Shown: piece by piece, positions 16,214 to 16,423 of the stretch
How the letters are laid out: each line of letters opens with the position of its first letter
How positions within the stretch are numbered: position 1 is the stretch's first letter
NCBI GenBank assembly: GCA_030637655.1
Contig: DAOWGI010000068.1
Span: forward strand, 1 to 16,423
DNA length: 16,423 nucleotides
Source of the DNA: a candidate division FCPU426 bacterium
GTDB lineage: Bacteria; Oederibacteriota; JAAXVQ01; JAUVAV01
Direction: 5' to 3'
Made by a program: the position numbers and the translations under genes
Notes under the pieces: model-generated
What the model saw: only the letters and a program-made list of their open reading frames with translations
What the model was told of the DNA's origin: nothing
Databases searched by the model: none

Positions 16214-16423
16214 ATGGAAAATAAAGAATACTATGTCTATATCATGGCAAGTAAACGTGAGGGAATGCTTTATATCGGTGTTACTTCTGATCTGAGAGGA
16301 AGGGTTTACGCTCATAAAAATGATATATCAGATGGTTTTACAAACAAATACCACATCCACAACCTTGTCCATTTTGAGATTACAGCAGATATAAACAGTG
16401 CTATAGCAAGGGAAAAACAGCTC
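16214..16423 (+). CDS. Small stand-alone GIY-YIG nuclease (UPF0213/YhbQ-like), 3' end truncated by the window edge; absent from the ORF track
   Basis: MENKEYYVYIMASKREGMLYIGVTSDLRGRVYAHKNDISDGFTNKYHIHNLVHFEITADINSAIAREKQL contains YVY...LYIG.T, R...H, FT.KY and A..RE motifs. The frame is open to the end of the window. Confidence 0.92.
   Translation, partial: MENKEYYVYIMASKREGMLYIGVTSDLRGRVYAHKNDISDGFTNKYHIHNLVHFEITADINSAIAREKQL

Noticed and set aside
1-16423. tRNA, rRNA or riboswitch genes
   Set aside because: No cloverleaf or T-loop signature, rRNA-like segment or recognisable aptamer consensus was seen. The hairpins present are explained by the repeat families.

Overview
Bacterial chromosomal window, probably from an anaerobe (inferred from the NIF-type Fe-S assembly genes and PPi-dependent PFK). 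The left 12 kb is mostly housekeeping and signalling: a REC-HisKA-HATPase kinase (-), a + strand block DUF368-nifU-nifS-pfp, a large GAF/PAS hybrid kinase with two REC domains and an HPt domain (-), and enolase (+). The right 4.4 kb is an accessory hotspot: an intact HEPN/DUF86 toxin-like gene whose MNT partner is reduced to about 19 C-terminal codons, a shredded IS91-like transposase remnant, an SDR plus class-3 ALDH pair, and a small GIY-YIG nuclease gene running off the window end. The most unusual signal is non-coding. At least four families of REP/MITE-like palindromes fill the intergenic spaces, and short 19-42 nt modules are inserted at precise positions inside them; for the 21-nt module both empty and filled sites are visible within the window. 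One palindromic element occurs both without a gene and as the leader of the GIY-YIG gene. Two inverted copies of another element bracket the DUF368-nifU-nifS-pfp block, ending exactly at the stop codon of one kinase and the RBS of the other. All family assignments are from motif recognition by eye; no database searches were run.
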